Positions 26,716-34,943 of a stretch of 45,160 nucleotides of DNA are shown here, piece by piece. This DNA comes from a virus (taxonomy: Duplodnaviria > Caudoviricetes): positions 1 through 45,160 of the IMG/VR virus record IMGVR_UViG_3300046009_003661. One strand, written 5' to 3'. The position numbers were made by a program, and so were the translations under genes. Position 1 is the first letter of the stretch, and each line of letters starts with the position of its first letter. Below the pieces are notes generated by a model. The model worked only from the letters and a program-made list of their open reading frames with translations, had not been told where the DNA came from and ran no database searches.

Positions 26716-28554
26716 TTATAAAATGTTGTTTTCATCTAACATAGTACCAGCATCTGAATCAGTTTGTGATATTTTACTAGATTTCAATGATTCAGTAATA
26801 ATTGATACTGCTCGTTTTTTAGTTTTTAACTGTTTAAGCATTCGACTTTCAACTGCAACAGCACCGGCTTGATTTTTAAATTTTGGATCGGGCTGGAAAG
26901 CTGTTTTTTGATTTTCTGGATTGAAATCTTGTTTCAATTGTTTTGCACCTGTTGGATCCCATCCAAATTCATTTTTATGTTGACCAAATTTAATTCCTTC
27001 TTTTGGTCGGCCGCCTTTGTCTGGATCTGGATCATTGCTTGACATATGAGCTGTTGCTAAATCATGTGGCGTTCCAAAAGATACTCCGGTAACTGCTGGA
27101 TCATTTCCTTCTGTTTCAATTTGATTTTGACGGAATCTCAATTTCAAATCTTCGATAACATTGGTTCTTTCCTGCAACCATTCTTCTTCTGACATATTGA
27201 ATATGTATTCGTATATGTATTTATCAGAAACTAATTTGCTGTCTTTCATTGCATTTGCTAATGTAATTTTTTCATTCATTAATGCAACTTTTTGTTGATC
27301 GTATATAATAGATGGTGCTGTTAATTCTAATTCAAATCCAACTAATTCTTCGCCTTCAAATCCTTGTGAATATAAATGCACTATCGCAATTTTAACTAGT
27401 TCAGAACAAACAATTTTTTGAACACGTTCAATTGTTCTAGCAAAACGAATATCCATCGAAGCTAATGTAGTTTTTCCTTCAACTGCTTCAGCATATCCTA
27501 AAAATGGTTTAGGAATTTTAAGTGCCGCCATCATTTTATCTTTGATGTATTCAATATCATCCATTCCGGTAAATGTCATACCAGGCAATGTATCAATCTG
27601 TGTAGATGATTGACCTCCACGCACTGGCAAGTAATAATCTTCCAACATATTGTTAAGATTAAACTTTAAGTTGTAATTTCCTGTTTGTGGATCAACGTGT
27701 GGAATCTTTTTCATTTTATTGATAATTTGTTCCATGAAACTATCAACTTCATTTGTAGGAATATTACCAATATCAATTTTAAAAATACGTTTTTCTGGTG
27801 CACGCATAATTCTATGAATAAGCATTGCATCTTCCATCATCATTAATTTTTGAAATTCTTTGCGGGCTCCTTCTAACATTGATCTACCATATGGCAAAAA
27901 GTTAGAATCTGATAGCATACGGAAATGTGCAATTTCAAACACATCATATGTTGCTTGTTCTGATGCAATATTTTTGAATTTAATATCATATTCACCAGTT
28001 GCTTCATTGTATTCTTCCCAACGCTCCATTTCATAACTAGAAAATGGTCGGGCATTTAATATTCCAATTTCATCGGCAATATCTAATTTTAAAAAGAAAT
28101 CACCGTATTTGGTCATGTTTCTAATCCATGTCCATAAATTGAATTCAATGTTTAATACATCATAAAATAAATTATAAAGTATTTTTTGAATACGAGTATC
28201 ATTGGTTTTAATTGTTAAAATTTCACCAAATTGATCTGCTAGTGTTGATTCATCTGAATAAATATCTAATGCTGATGATATAATTGGATCTTTGTCCATC
28301 ATTTCGTAGTCAGCATAAAGTTGCATACGGTTTTGGTGCATGTAATAGTTGGAATCATATCCACCCATTCCACCAACTCGATGTTTGTTTGCTCCGTGCA
28401 GTCTTGTATATCTATCTGCTACTTTACTTTGACCTAAATTTCCAACTGATTGTAATCGGTTTGTATCAACTACTCGAAGTTGATCTTTTCCATATGCTCT
28501 AACAATTACATTGGTTCTAAATAGATTTTGTAAACGTTTTCTTAATGACGCCAT
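26716..28554 (-). CDS. Portal protein (T4 gp20-like)
   Basis: YEMMD.DPIISSALDIYSDE...LMMMEDAMLIHRIMRAPEKRIFKIDIGN...EDYYLPVRGG....IDTLPG...ALKIP. Confidence 0.97.
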   Translation of the reverse strand: MASLRKRLQNLFRTNVIVRAYGKDQLRVVDTNRLQSVGNLGQSKVADRYTRLHGANKHRVGGMGGYDSNYYMHQNRMQLYADYEMMDKDPIISSALDIYSDESTLADQFGEILTIKTNDTRIQKILYNLFYDVLNIEFNLWTWIRNMTKYGDFFLKLDIADEIGILNARPFSSYEMERWEEYNEATGEYDIKFKNIASEQATYDVFEIAHFRMLSDSNFLPYGRSMLEGARKEFQKLMMMEDAMLIHRIMRAPEKRIFKIDIGNIPTNEVDSFMEQIINKMKKIPHVDPQTGNYNLKFNLNNMLEDYYLPVRGGQSSTQIDTLPGMTFTGMDDIEYIKDKMMAALKIPKPFLGYAEAVEGKTTLASMDIRFARTIERVQKIVCSELVKIAIVHLYSQGFEGEELVGFELELTAPSIIYDQQKVALMNEKITLANAMKDSKLVSDKYIYEYIFNMSEEEWLQERTNVIEDLKLRFRQNQIETEGNDPAVTGVSFGTPHDLATAHMSSNDPDPDKGGRPKEGIKFGQHKNEFGWDPTGAKQLKQDFNPENQKTAFQPDPKFKNQAGAVAVESRMLKQLKTKKRAVSIITESLKSSKISQTDSDAGTMLDENNIL

Positions 28555-28567
28555 ATTTTCTTTTTTA

Positions 28568-28576
28568 TATAAATAT
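28568..28576 (-). promoter_or_regulatory. Putative late promoter ATATTTATA (portal)
   Basis: Exact intergenic motif. Confidence 0.7.
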
Positions 28577-28600
28577 AACTAAGTACAATCTATGGTGTTT

Positions 28601-30187
28601 TTATTTGATAAGCCAAGTAAGGCTTTCATCATTATAACCATTATTCCAAGTCCAACCCGTATCTTGATTGTTTCGATTACCGGTATAAATTACATTGGTG
28701 GATTTTTGAAATGATGATAAAGCTCGTTTATTTAATTCAATTCCTTGTTGTCGCAATTTCAAAGTAGAATCGCGAAGCCATAGTCCAATACAGAATGCCA
28801 TGACTAAATCATCGTTATAACCTTGCTGCGATTGGGCTTTGCCATTTAGCCATATAAATACTAATAGTTCTTGTATCAGTCTCTTACTGCGAATTATAGG
28901 TGTTTTTTCACGCATATACATTTCTAATGCAGATATCATTAATGGTCTAGTACGCGTTGTAGTTGATACTCCAGGAACCATTTGGCTCTTATCTTTCATA
29001 TCATAACCTTTTTTCAATTGTACATCAGCATCGGTATATCCGTCATCTTTATATGTATAATGTAAATTTTGATAACCTCTATCTAATGCTGGCTGAATTG
29101 CGGCCCAACCAATATTTGCATTTTCAATTGCTAGCAATGCATTGTTCCATTCGGTTGCAACAGTTACTAGCATATGGCCGAATTCATTAGGTGGTATTTT
29201 TCCTTTATACTCAGCAACCTGGCGTACGTCTTGTACATCGAAAATATGAAAAGCTGAGTAATCGCCTCCATCTCCACGTGCAACGTCAGCCACTACTAAA
29301 TAATCACGTTCATAGTTAGGATATTCCCAAACCCAATAATTTCCATCAAATCCTCGACGTTCGATCGGGTCAATAGTTTGTGCGTCATATTCTAATAATA
29401 ATGGACCATCTACCACCGTGTGACCTGAACTAACAAAGTCACAGTCACATTCCTGTGCCGCTCCACGTTCTCCTAATAAGCGAGTTTGTTCATCACGCCA
29501 ATCTTGATCTCGTTCTGGATGTACTGTCCAATGCAGTTTGACTGTATGGAATCCATTGATATCTGCCTCAGCATCTGCCCATGTTTGATGAAACCAGTTA
29601 CCCACACCATTTGGTGTAGATAGTACTATTGCACCCCCACCCGTAGATAATGTAGCTTGTGATGCAATCCAAATTTCTTCAATGTTTCGAATAAATGCAG
29701 CCTCATCGACAATTAATAATGATAATGCTTCTGAACGTGCTCCTGTACCCGCAGATGATACTGCTTTGATTTGTGAGCCATTTTTAAATTTTAGTGATAA
29801 TTTATTGTCTGCTTCAATTGTACCTTTTAACCAACTTGGCAAGTTGTCATGCATGACTCTTACTTTTGTTACAAGGTTTTTTGCAACTTCTTGTGTTGTT
29901 GCAATAACTAATACATTGAAGTCTTCATTGAATAGCATTGACCATAAAGCAAAGCCTGCCGCCAAAGTTGAAATACCCAACTGTCGTGATTTTAATATTA
30001 CATTGTAACGATTATCACGCAATTCTGTTAATGAATCTTCCTGGAATGGAAACAAATTAAATTTAATCTTTCCGCGCTTAGGATGTTGGATATAACAATA
30101 ATTTCTCATAAAAAATACAGGATCTTTAGCACACATCATGTACTGTTGCTGTATAATTTGTTTGATATTTGGTGTAGGAGTTGGCAT
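28601..30187 (-). CDS. terL: Terminase large subunit (T4 gp17-like)
   Basis: KSRQLGIST Walker A variant, IVDEAAF Walker B, STPNG; nuclease motifs DVARGDGGDYS, IENANIG and NDDLVMA. Confidence 0.97.
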   Translation of the reverse strand: MPTPTPNIKQIIQQQYMMCAKDPVFFMRNYCYIQHPKRGKIKFNLFPFQEDSLTELRDNRYNVILKSRQLGISTLAAGFALWSMLFNEDFNVLVIATTQEVAKNLVTKVRVMHDNLPSWLKGTIEADNKLSLKFKNGSQIKAVSSAGTGARSEALSLLIVDEAAFIRNIEEIWIASQATLSTGGGAIVLSTPNGVGNWFHQTWADAEADINGFHTVKLHWTVHPERDQDWRDEQTRLLGERGAAQECDCDFVSSGHTVVDGPLLLEYDAQTIDPIERRGFDGNYWVWEYPNYERDYLVVADVARGDGGDYSAFHIFDVQDVRQVAEYKGKIPPNEFGHMLVTVATEWNNALLAIENANIGWAAIQPALDRGYQNLHYTYKDDGYTDADVQLKKGYDMKDKSQMVPGVSTTTRTRPLMISALEMYMREKTPIIRSKRLIQELLVFIWLNGKAQSQQGYNDDLVMAFCIGLWLRDSTLKLRQQGIELNKRALSSFQKSTNVIYTGNRNNQDTGWTWNNGYNDESLTWLIK

Positions 30188-30190
30188 AGT

Positions 30191-30559
30191 TTACTTAGTT
30201 AGGTATATCACTACAGATGTTGTTACAACACCTCCTATAAACCAAATAGCTGGACGATCATACCATTTTGGTTTAAATAGTTTTTCTCGTTCGATGTACA
30301 TGTTTATATTTTCTTGCAATAGTGCTACTTGTTTAGTTGTATAATTTAATTGCAAAGAATCTAATTGAATTAGTGATTTTTGTTTGTCAATCAATGATTT
30401 TTGTTCACTAATTATTTGATCATTGATATCCGATAACTGATACAATGAATCCAATGTAAATGATATATCTATTACTTGTTCCTGAGTAAAACATGTGTCG
30501 GGAATTTGCGATAACCCAATTACTGGTATTAACAACAATATGATCAATAAATGTTTCAT
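30191..30559 (-). CDS. Secreted/membrane coiled-coil protein (possible spanin-like component)
   Basis: Signal peptide MKHLLIILLLIPVIGLS|Q, then coiled coil and a C-terminal hydrophobic segment WFIGGVVTTSVVIYL. Confidence 0.55.
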   Translation of the reverse strand: MKHLLIILLLIPVIGLSQIPDTCFTQEQVIDISFTLDSLYQLSDINDQIISEQKSLIDKQKSLIQLDSLQLNYTTKQVALLQENINMYIEREKLFKPKWYDRPAIWFIGGVVTTSVVIYLTK

Positions 30560-30894
30560 TATTTTTTAGGTCTTCTGTTACGCTTTGTTTTAGCTAAAAT
30601 ATTTTCTTTAGCTTCAGCCACCGTACGTTCTTCTACAACAATATTTTCTTTAGCAGTTTCCAATGTCTCGATTACAACTTCTTGTTTAACAATTTCTTGT
30701 TTAACTTCCTCGCGTTGTTCTTCGATTACTTCAATTTTGCCTTCGAGCTCATCTACTTGTTGTTTGTTATCTGAAATTGCTTCATCTAATTCTTCTCGCT
30801 TTTTTGTTGAATTATTATTCATCATGAATATAGTTCCTGCGATTGCTGCAATTATTCCGATAATTGCTAGCCAGTATTTTTTAATTGTTTTCAT
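30559..30894 (-). CDS. Membrane-anchored coiled-coil protein (i-spanin-like)
   Basis: N-terminal TM segment YWLAIIGIIAAIAGTIFMM, then a long coiled coil. TAATG-coupled to the next gene. Confidence 0.55.
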   Translation of the reverse strand: MKTIKKYWLAIIGIIAAIAGTIFMMNNNSTKKREELDEAISDNKQQVDELEGKIEVIEEQREEVKQEIVKQEVVIETLETAKENIVVEERTVAEAKENILAKTKRNRRPKK

Positions 30895-31534
30895 GTTTAT
30901 TTGATTGTTTATCTAGTTGTTTTAAAAAATTTTCTTTGAATATATTGAATTGAGATTGAACTGTTTCTTCAAATTCTTCTGGTGTCATTTTTGCAGACCA
31001 TGATTCAGTTTCACCTTCTGAATTAGTAACAAATTTAGATGCCGTCGTATATGCTTCTTTTAACATTTCAACATCTCGCTCCGCGGATGCTAGCCAAGCT
31101 AACGCATTTTCTCGAATTTTTTGTTGTTCATAGTCTTCAAATTGACCATTAACTTTTAATTCGTGTTCCATTTCAATTGTGCAGTCAAAACACATTCCAT
31201 GGATTTTTTTCATTTTTTTATCTAAATGATGTGTTCCGATACACGTGCATTTTTCTTTGCGACAATTAGGAAATGTTCTTAATTCTTCACGCACTGATTG
31301 CAATGCATCTGAATTCTTTGTTTTTTTAATTCTAAAACCTTCACATTGCTCAATTATAAATGTAGTGTTAGTTGTAGGATCTGTTTCTTCCCATATATCA
31401 CCAACAGCATGTTTTTCATTGGTTTTAGCAGTTGCTGCCGAATCAGAAAATCCGACAGTCTTTCTAGTTTGAAATTTGTGTGTTCCTTGTAACATTTCTG
31501 TTACTGCTTTTACATTTTGTAACTTTTTTGACAT
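30881..31534 (-). CDS. Cys-containing hypothetical protein
   Basis: CxxxxCxC and CFDC motifs (possible Zn site); lies upstream of the terminase cluster. Confidence 0.7.
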   Translation of the reverse strand: MSKKLQNVKAVTEMLQGTHKFQTRKTVGFSDSAATAKTNEKHAVGDIWEETDPTTNTTFIIEQCEGFRIKKTKNSDALQSVREELRTFPNCRKEKCTCIGTHHLDKKMKKIHGMCFDCTIEMEHELKVNGQFEDYEQQKIRENALAWLASAERDVEMLKEAYTTASKFVTNSEGETESWSAKMTPEEFEETVQSQFNIFKENFLKQLDKQSNKHENN

Positions 31535-31552
31535 ATAACTTGTTATTTAATA

Positions 31553-32374
31553 TTATTGTTGTGGTTCTGCAGGAGCATTTTCTATAGTACCTAATTTCTT
31601 AACTGCTAATTGTCGAAGCAATTTATAAAAATTTTGCAAATCTTCAGGTTCAGCTTCTTTCAATGCTAAATTAAATACTTTTGATAATGTTTTAATTCTC
31701 GCAATATTTCCGCCATCTTCGCGTAATTGATCTACAAATTTTTCAATTGAAATGGCTTGTTTTGTTTCAGCATCCATTTCCGGTTCAGGTGCTGGTGCAG
31801 CTGGTACTTCTGGTGCTGGTGCTGCTGTTGGATCAACTGGTGCGGCTGTTGGATCAACTGGTGCAGCTGTTGGATCAACTGGTGCAGCTGTTGGATCTGC
31901 AGTTGGATCAACTGGTGCAGCTGTTGGATCTGCAGTTGGATCAACCGGCTCTTCATCTTCTGGAGCAATTTGTTCATTGATAACACGCTCGATTTTTCGA
32001 CGAACATATTCTCTAACTACGCGTTCTGCCTGTTCTCTGGTTAAGTTTTCAATTTTATCTGATAACACATCAGCTACATCTTTTGCTTCATCATCTTGTC
32101 GTTTAGCTAAACGCTTCAACGCAGTTTTTGAATCATATTCACCATTCTCTAAATCTTTATACAAACGATCATCAGCTTCATATTTAGGAACTAGATTTCC
32201 ATTATCTACTACTTCTTTATCAGTTTTACGCAATAAATTTGGTAATTTCTCACCTGCAGATTTTGGATTCATTTTTTCATCCTTATCGTCCATTGTATAA
32301 TCTTTTATATCTTTGCGATAAGTAGGTTTTTTATTTTCTGGTTTTTTGTATTTGCTTTTGTGTTTTTCACTCAT
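31553..32374 (-). CDS. Hypothetical protein with Pro/Ala low-complexity linker
   Basis: Charged N-terminal domain, VDPTAAP repeats and a helical C-terminal domain; late motif upstream. Confidence 0.75.
   Translation of the reverse strand: MSEKHKSKYKKPENKKPTYRKDIKDYTMDDKDEKMNPKSAGEKLPNLLRKTDKEVVDNGNLVPKYEADDRLYKDLENGEYDSKTALKRLAKRQDDEAKDVADVLSDKIENLTREQAERVVREYVRRKIERVINEQIAPEDEEPVDPTADPTAAPVDPTADPTAAPVDPTAAPVDPTAAPVDPTAAPAPEVPAAPAPEPEMDAETKQAISIEKFVDQLREDGGNIARIKTLSKVFNLALKEAEPEDLQNFYKLLRQLAVKKLGTIENAPAEPQQ
31821..31948. repeat. 21-bp and 33-bp coding tandem repeats (VDPTAAP / [11 protein letters not shown])
   Basis: Units of GCTGTTGGATCAACTGGTGC(A/G), some with a 12-bp TGCAGTTGGATC insert. 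Confidence 0.9.
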
Positions 32375-32393
32375 CTGAAATATCCTATTTTTA

Positions 32394-32402
32394 TATAAAT
32401 AT
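32394..32402 (-). promoter_or_regulatory. Putative late promoter ATATTTATA
   Basis: Exact motif overlapping the upstream TAA. Confidence 0.65.
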
Positions 32403-34918
32403 TACCTTGCGTACTTTAATACCCCTAGTAGTTGGTTAACCGGTGCGAATGCTCCTGTAAGTTTGTATGTGTTGCCATGGAATGTAAATACAACTCCTTC
32501 GGTTGGTACAATTGAATCAAATCCTCCTAATTTTTGTATGCGACGAAGTTCTTGTTCTAGCTTTTGTACGGTAGCCGGATCTCCTTTTGCTTGTAAATCT
32601 TTTATTAGTTGAGCTAGTTCCGTTTTTATTTCTTGCACAGTCTTATCTGGATTTGCTGCTAAATAATTAGTTGCGTTCTGCAATACCAAAACTCCCAATC
32701 TCAAAAAGATTGATTCAAATGGCTCTAGGTTTTGTTTTTTATATTGTTTAAAATCTTTTTTGTCGAAAGCATCAACCCACGCTAAAAATTCTGGATTTGT
32801 TATTTGTTTTTTAAGAATAGATATATTTGTTGATTTGTCAGCAAATGCCCATCGATATGTTAATGTATTAACTAGTTCGTCTGAAATTTCATAGCCTAAT
32901 TGTTGAGCTTTTGTTTTAATAATATCTCGCCACCACGCTTTGTGATATTCACTGATTAAATCAGTATCTTTGAGATTGTATTTTTGTTGTAATTGATTTA
33001 TTTCATTGAAAAATGCAGCTTGTTGATCTTCGAAATCATATACACGGCCTAATTTAATACGTTGTGGCGGAATAAATGAAAATGTTTTTTGCATATGTGC
33101 ATTTGCATCTTGAATGATTTTTTGCATCATTGCACCACCGGTTAAATCAGTTTCAGTTACTTTGCCTTTTTCATCATATTCAACTAGGTTATGAAATTGT
33201 AAGTGAGCTTTATCATATGAAATTACATTTTTAGTTGCTGGATAAATAATTTCCATGTTAGCAAATACTCGTCCATTTTTGAATATTTGATTTAGTGTAT
33301 TTTCTGGAATTGATCTAAATGATTCTGTTAAATCTTCTGCACATGCTCGATATGCATCTACTACTCGTTGATAATCTTCCCCAGCTGCTGCTCCATTTTT
33401 TTCTATAGTTAATTGTTGTTTGCGCTGAAAATCTGCAATAATTTCAGGAGCCGTCATTGGATTAATTACAGTTCCAGTTCCTCGAGCAAAACCAAGTTCT
33501 CCATTTTTCCAAGTAACTTGAATATTTTGACCATCAGTTTTTTCTGTAACTGCATTTTCAATATCTAATCGTCCAGACAATGAACGAGCTACAATTTCTT
33601 TGATATCATTAAATGTTAATCCATGATCGTCCCATGGATGTGCCATATGTCCTGCAGCACCTCCTTCTGTAATCAACTTATTTTCTTTAATTAGATTGCC
33701 GTTAGTCATGGCTGATTCAATTCGATATACAACTTGACTTTTATCACTCGGCACCCATGGACGTCGTTGAGCCTTAATTGTTTTAGGAATCAATTTGATT
33801 AAACCAGTTTGTTGATTTAATGTTAACATGAATGGCATATGAAGCGGAACATCGAATTGATAATCAGAACCAATTGCTCCAGGCTTATTTTTTTGTACTT
33901 GTGCTACAATTTGATCACCATATTCATCTGCTAAATCATAAAATAAATTTTCAACGTCGTCTAAACTGATTGTTCCTTCATTTCTCGGATCATTTAAACG
34001 GTCAATGAAATGAGTAAACTCTCCTTGAAAATCTACATCAATTCCATATTCTTTAAAAAAATTATCAATGACTGGTTCTATCTCTTTTAATTCATCACGT
34101 GTAATGTAATTTTCTGTGATAATAGATTCTATTAATTTTGCGCCAGCCACTGTTTTAGCAAATTTATCAAAATCATATACAAATGATTGTCCTCTATGTT
34201 TTTCTAAGTATGAACGTAAATGTTTAATTTTATCTGAGTGACGTTGTTTTTCTTTGGGATTCATTATGGCCTCAAACACTTCTTCAACATCTTCCGTTAA
34301 TGCATTCGTCCACCAACCTACACTTAACATGGCAGCTTCATGTATATCTTTCAATATATTCCAAATAGTTTTTATAGTTGATTCAGGTTGTCCTGGATAT
34401 GACATTTCAAATGTTTTGTAGTCATCAATCTCCAAAGCTTGACGAATTGTTGATGCTGATATTGGTTGACCGTTAGGATATAATAGCGGATCGACATCGA
34501 CATTTAATTCTACGGCATCTATTCCGCTTGGAATTGTTCGACCTTTTTTATCTCCAATTGTAGCATATTTATCAACATTTGGTACAAAGTCTTTGGTTCG
34601 AACATAGTCATCGCCTTTTGTTGAAGCTGCCATTGCATAACGACCAGTTGCGTCTGGTGGTAAGGCAAATAAATATTCATACGCGGCCATGATAGGCGAA
34701 TTGAATTCGGTTGGCTGAATTACAATTTTAGGATTATTATTAAGTAGGTTGAATATTTTGATAGTTTTCTCGCGCGTAATACCATCTCTAGGTTTTTCGC
34801 CGACTAGCAATATTACTTGACCAACTTGTGGATCTTGAGCGTATCTTTGAGCTAATGCTAAATGAGCTCCAGTTAATGGTTTAAATCCGCCTGGAAACAG
34901 TACTGTTATTTTATTCAT
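32402..34918 (-). CDS. Multidomain protein: HIGH-superfamily nucleotidyltransferase-like + unknown domain + ligase-like nucleotidyltransferase domain
   Basis: N-terminal PGGFKPLTGAH and ISASTIR (cytidylyltransferase/NMNAT-like). Middle HFIDRLNDPRN domain. C-terminal GGAAGHMAHP, EKTDG (KxDG), EGVVF and YKLTG. Confidence 0.7.
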   Translation of the reverse strand: MNKITVLFPGGFKPLTGAHLALAQRYAQDPQVGQVILLVGEKPRDGITREKTIKIFNLLNNNPKIVIQPTEFNSPIMAAYEYLFALPPDATGRYAMAASTKGDDYVRTKDFVPNVDKYATIGDKKGRTIPSGIDAVELNVDVDPLLYPNGQPISASTIRQALEIDDYKTFEMSYPGQPESTIKTIWNILKDIHEAAMLSVGWWTNALTEDVEEVFEAIMNPKEKQRHSDKIKHLRSYLEKHRGQSFVYDFDKFAKTVAGAKLIESIITENYITRDELKEIEPVIDNFFKEYGIDVDFQGEFTHFIDRLNDPRNEGTISLDDVENLFYDLADEYGDQIVAQVQKNKPGAIGSDYQFDVPLHMPFMLTLNQQTGLIKLIPKTIKAQRRPWVPSDKSQVVYRIESAMTNGNLIKENKLITEGGAAGHMAHPWDDHGLTFNDIKEIVARSLSGRLDIENAVTEKTDGQNIQVTWKNGELGFARGTGTVINPMTAPEIIADFQRKQQLTIEKNGAAAGEDYQRVVDAYRACAEDLTESFRSIPENTLNQIFKNGRVFANMEIIYPATKNVISYDKAHLQFHNLVEYDEKGKVTETDLTGGAMMQKIIQDANAHMQKTFSFIPPQRIKLGRVYDFEDQQAAFFNEINQLQQKYNLKDTDLISEYHKAWWRDIIKTKAQQLGYEISDELVNTLTYRWAFADKSTNISILKKQITNPEFLAWVDAFDKKDFKQYKKQNLEPFESIFLRLGVLVLQNATNYLAANPDKTVQEIKTELAQLIKDLQAKGDPATVQKLEQELRRIQKLGGFDSIVPTEGVVFTFHGNTYKLTGAFAPVNQLLGVLKYAR

Positions 34919-34934
34919 TATATTTTTCTTTTTA

Positions 34935-34943
34935 TATAAATAT
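34935..34943 (-). promoter_or_regulatory. Putative late promoter ATATTTATA
   Basis: Exact motif overlapping the upstream TAA. Confidence 0.65.

Noticed and set aside
2298-28860. Intragenic TATTTATA matches (2298, 12568, 14427, 15384, 28853)
   Set aside because: Not positioned before starts and expected by chance in AT-rich coding DNA; not called as promoters.
31757-32044. Striking Cys/Trp-rich ORF (CWINWCSCW...)
   Set aside because: It is the antisense reading of the VDPTAAP minisatellite.
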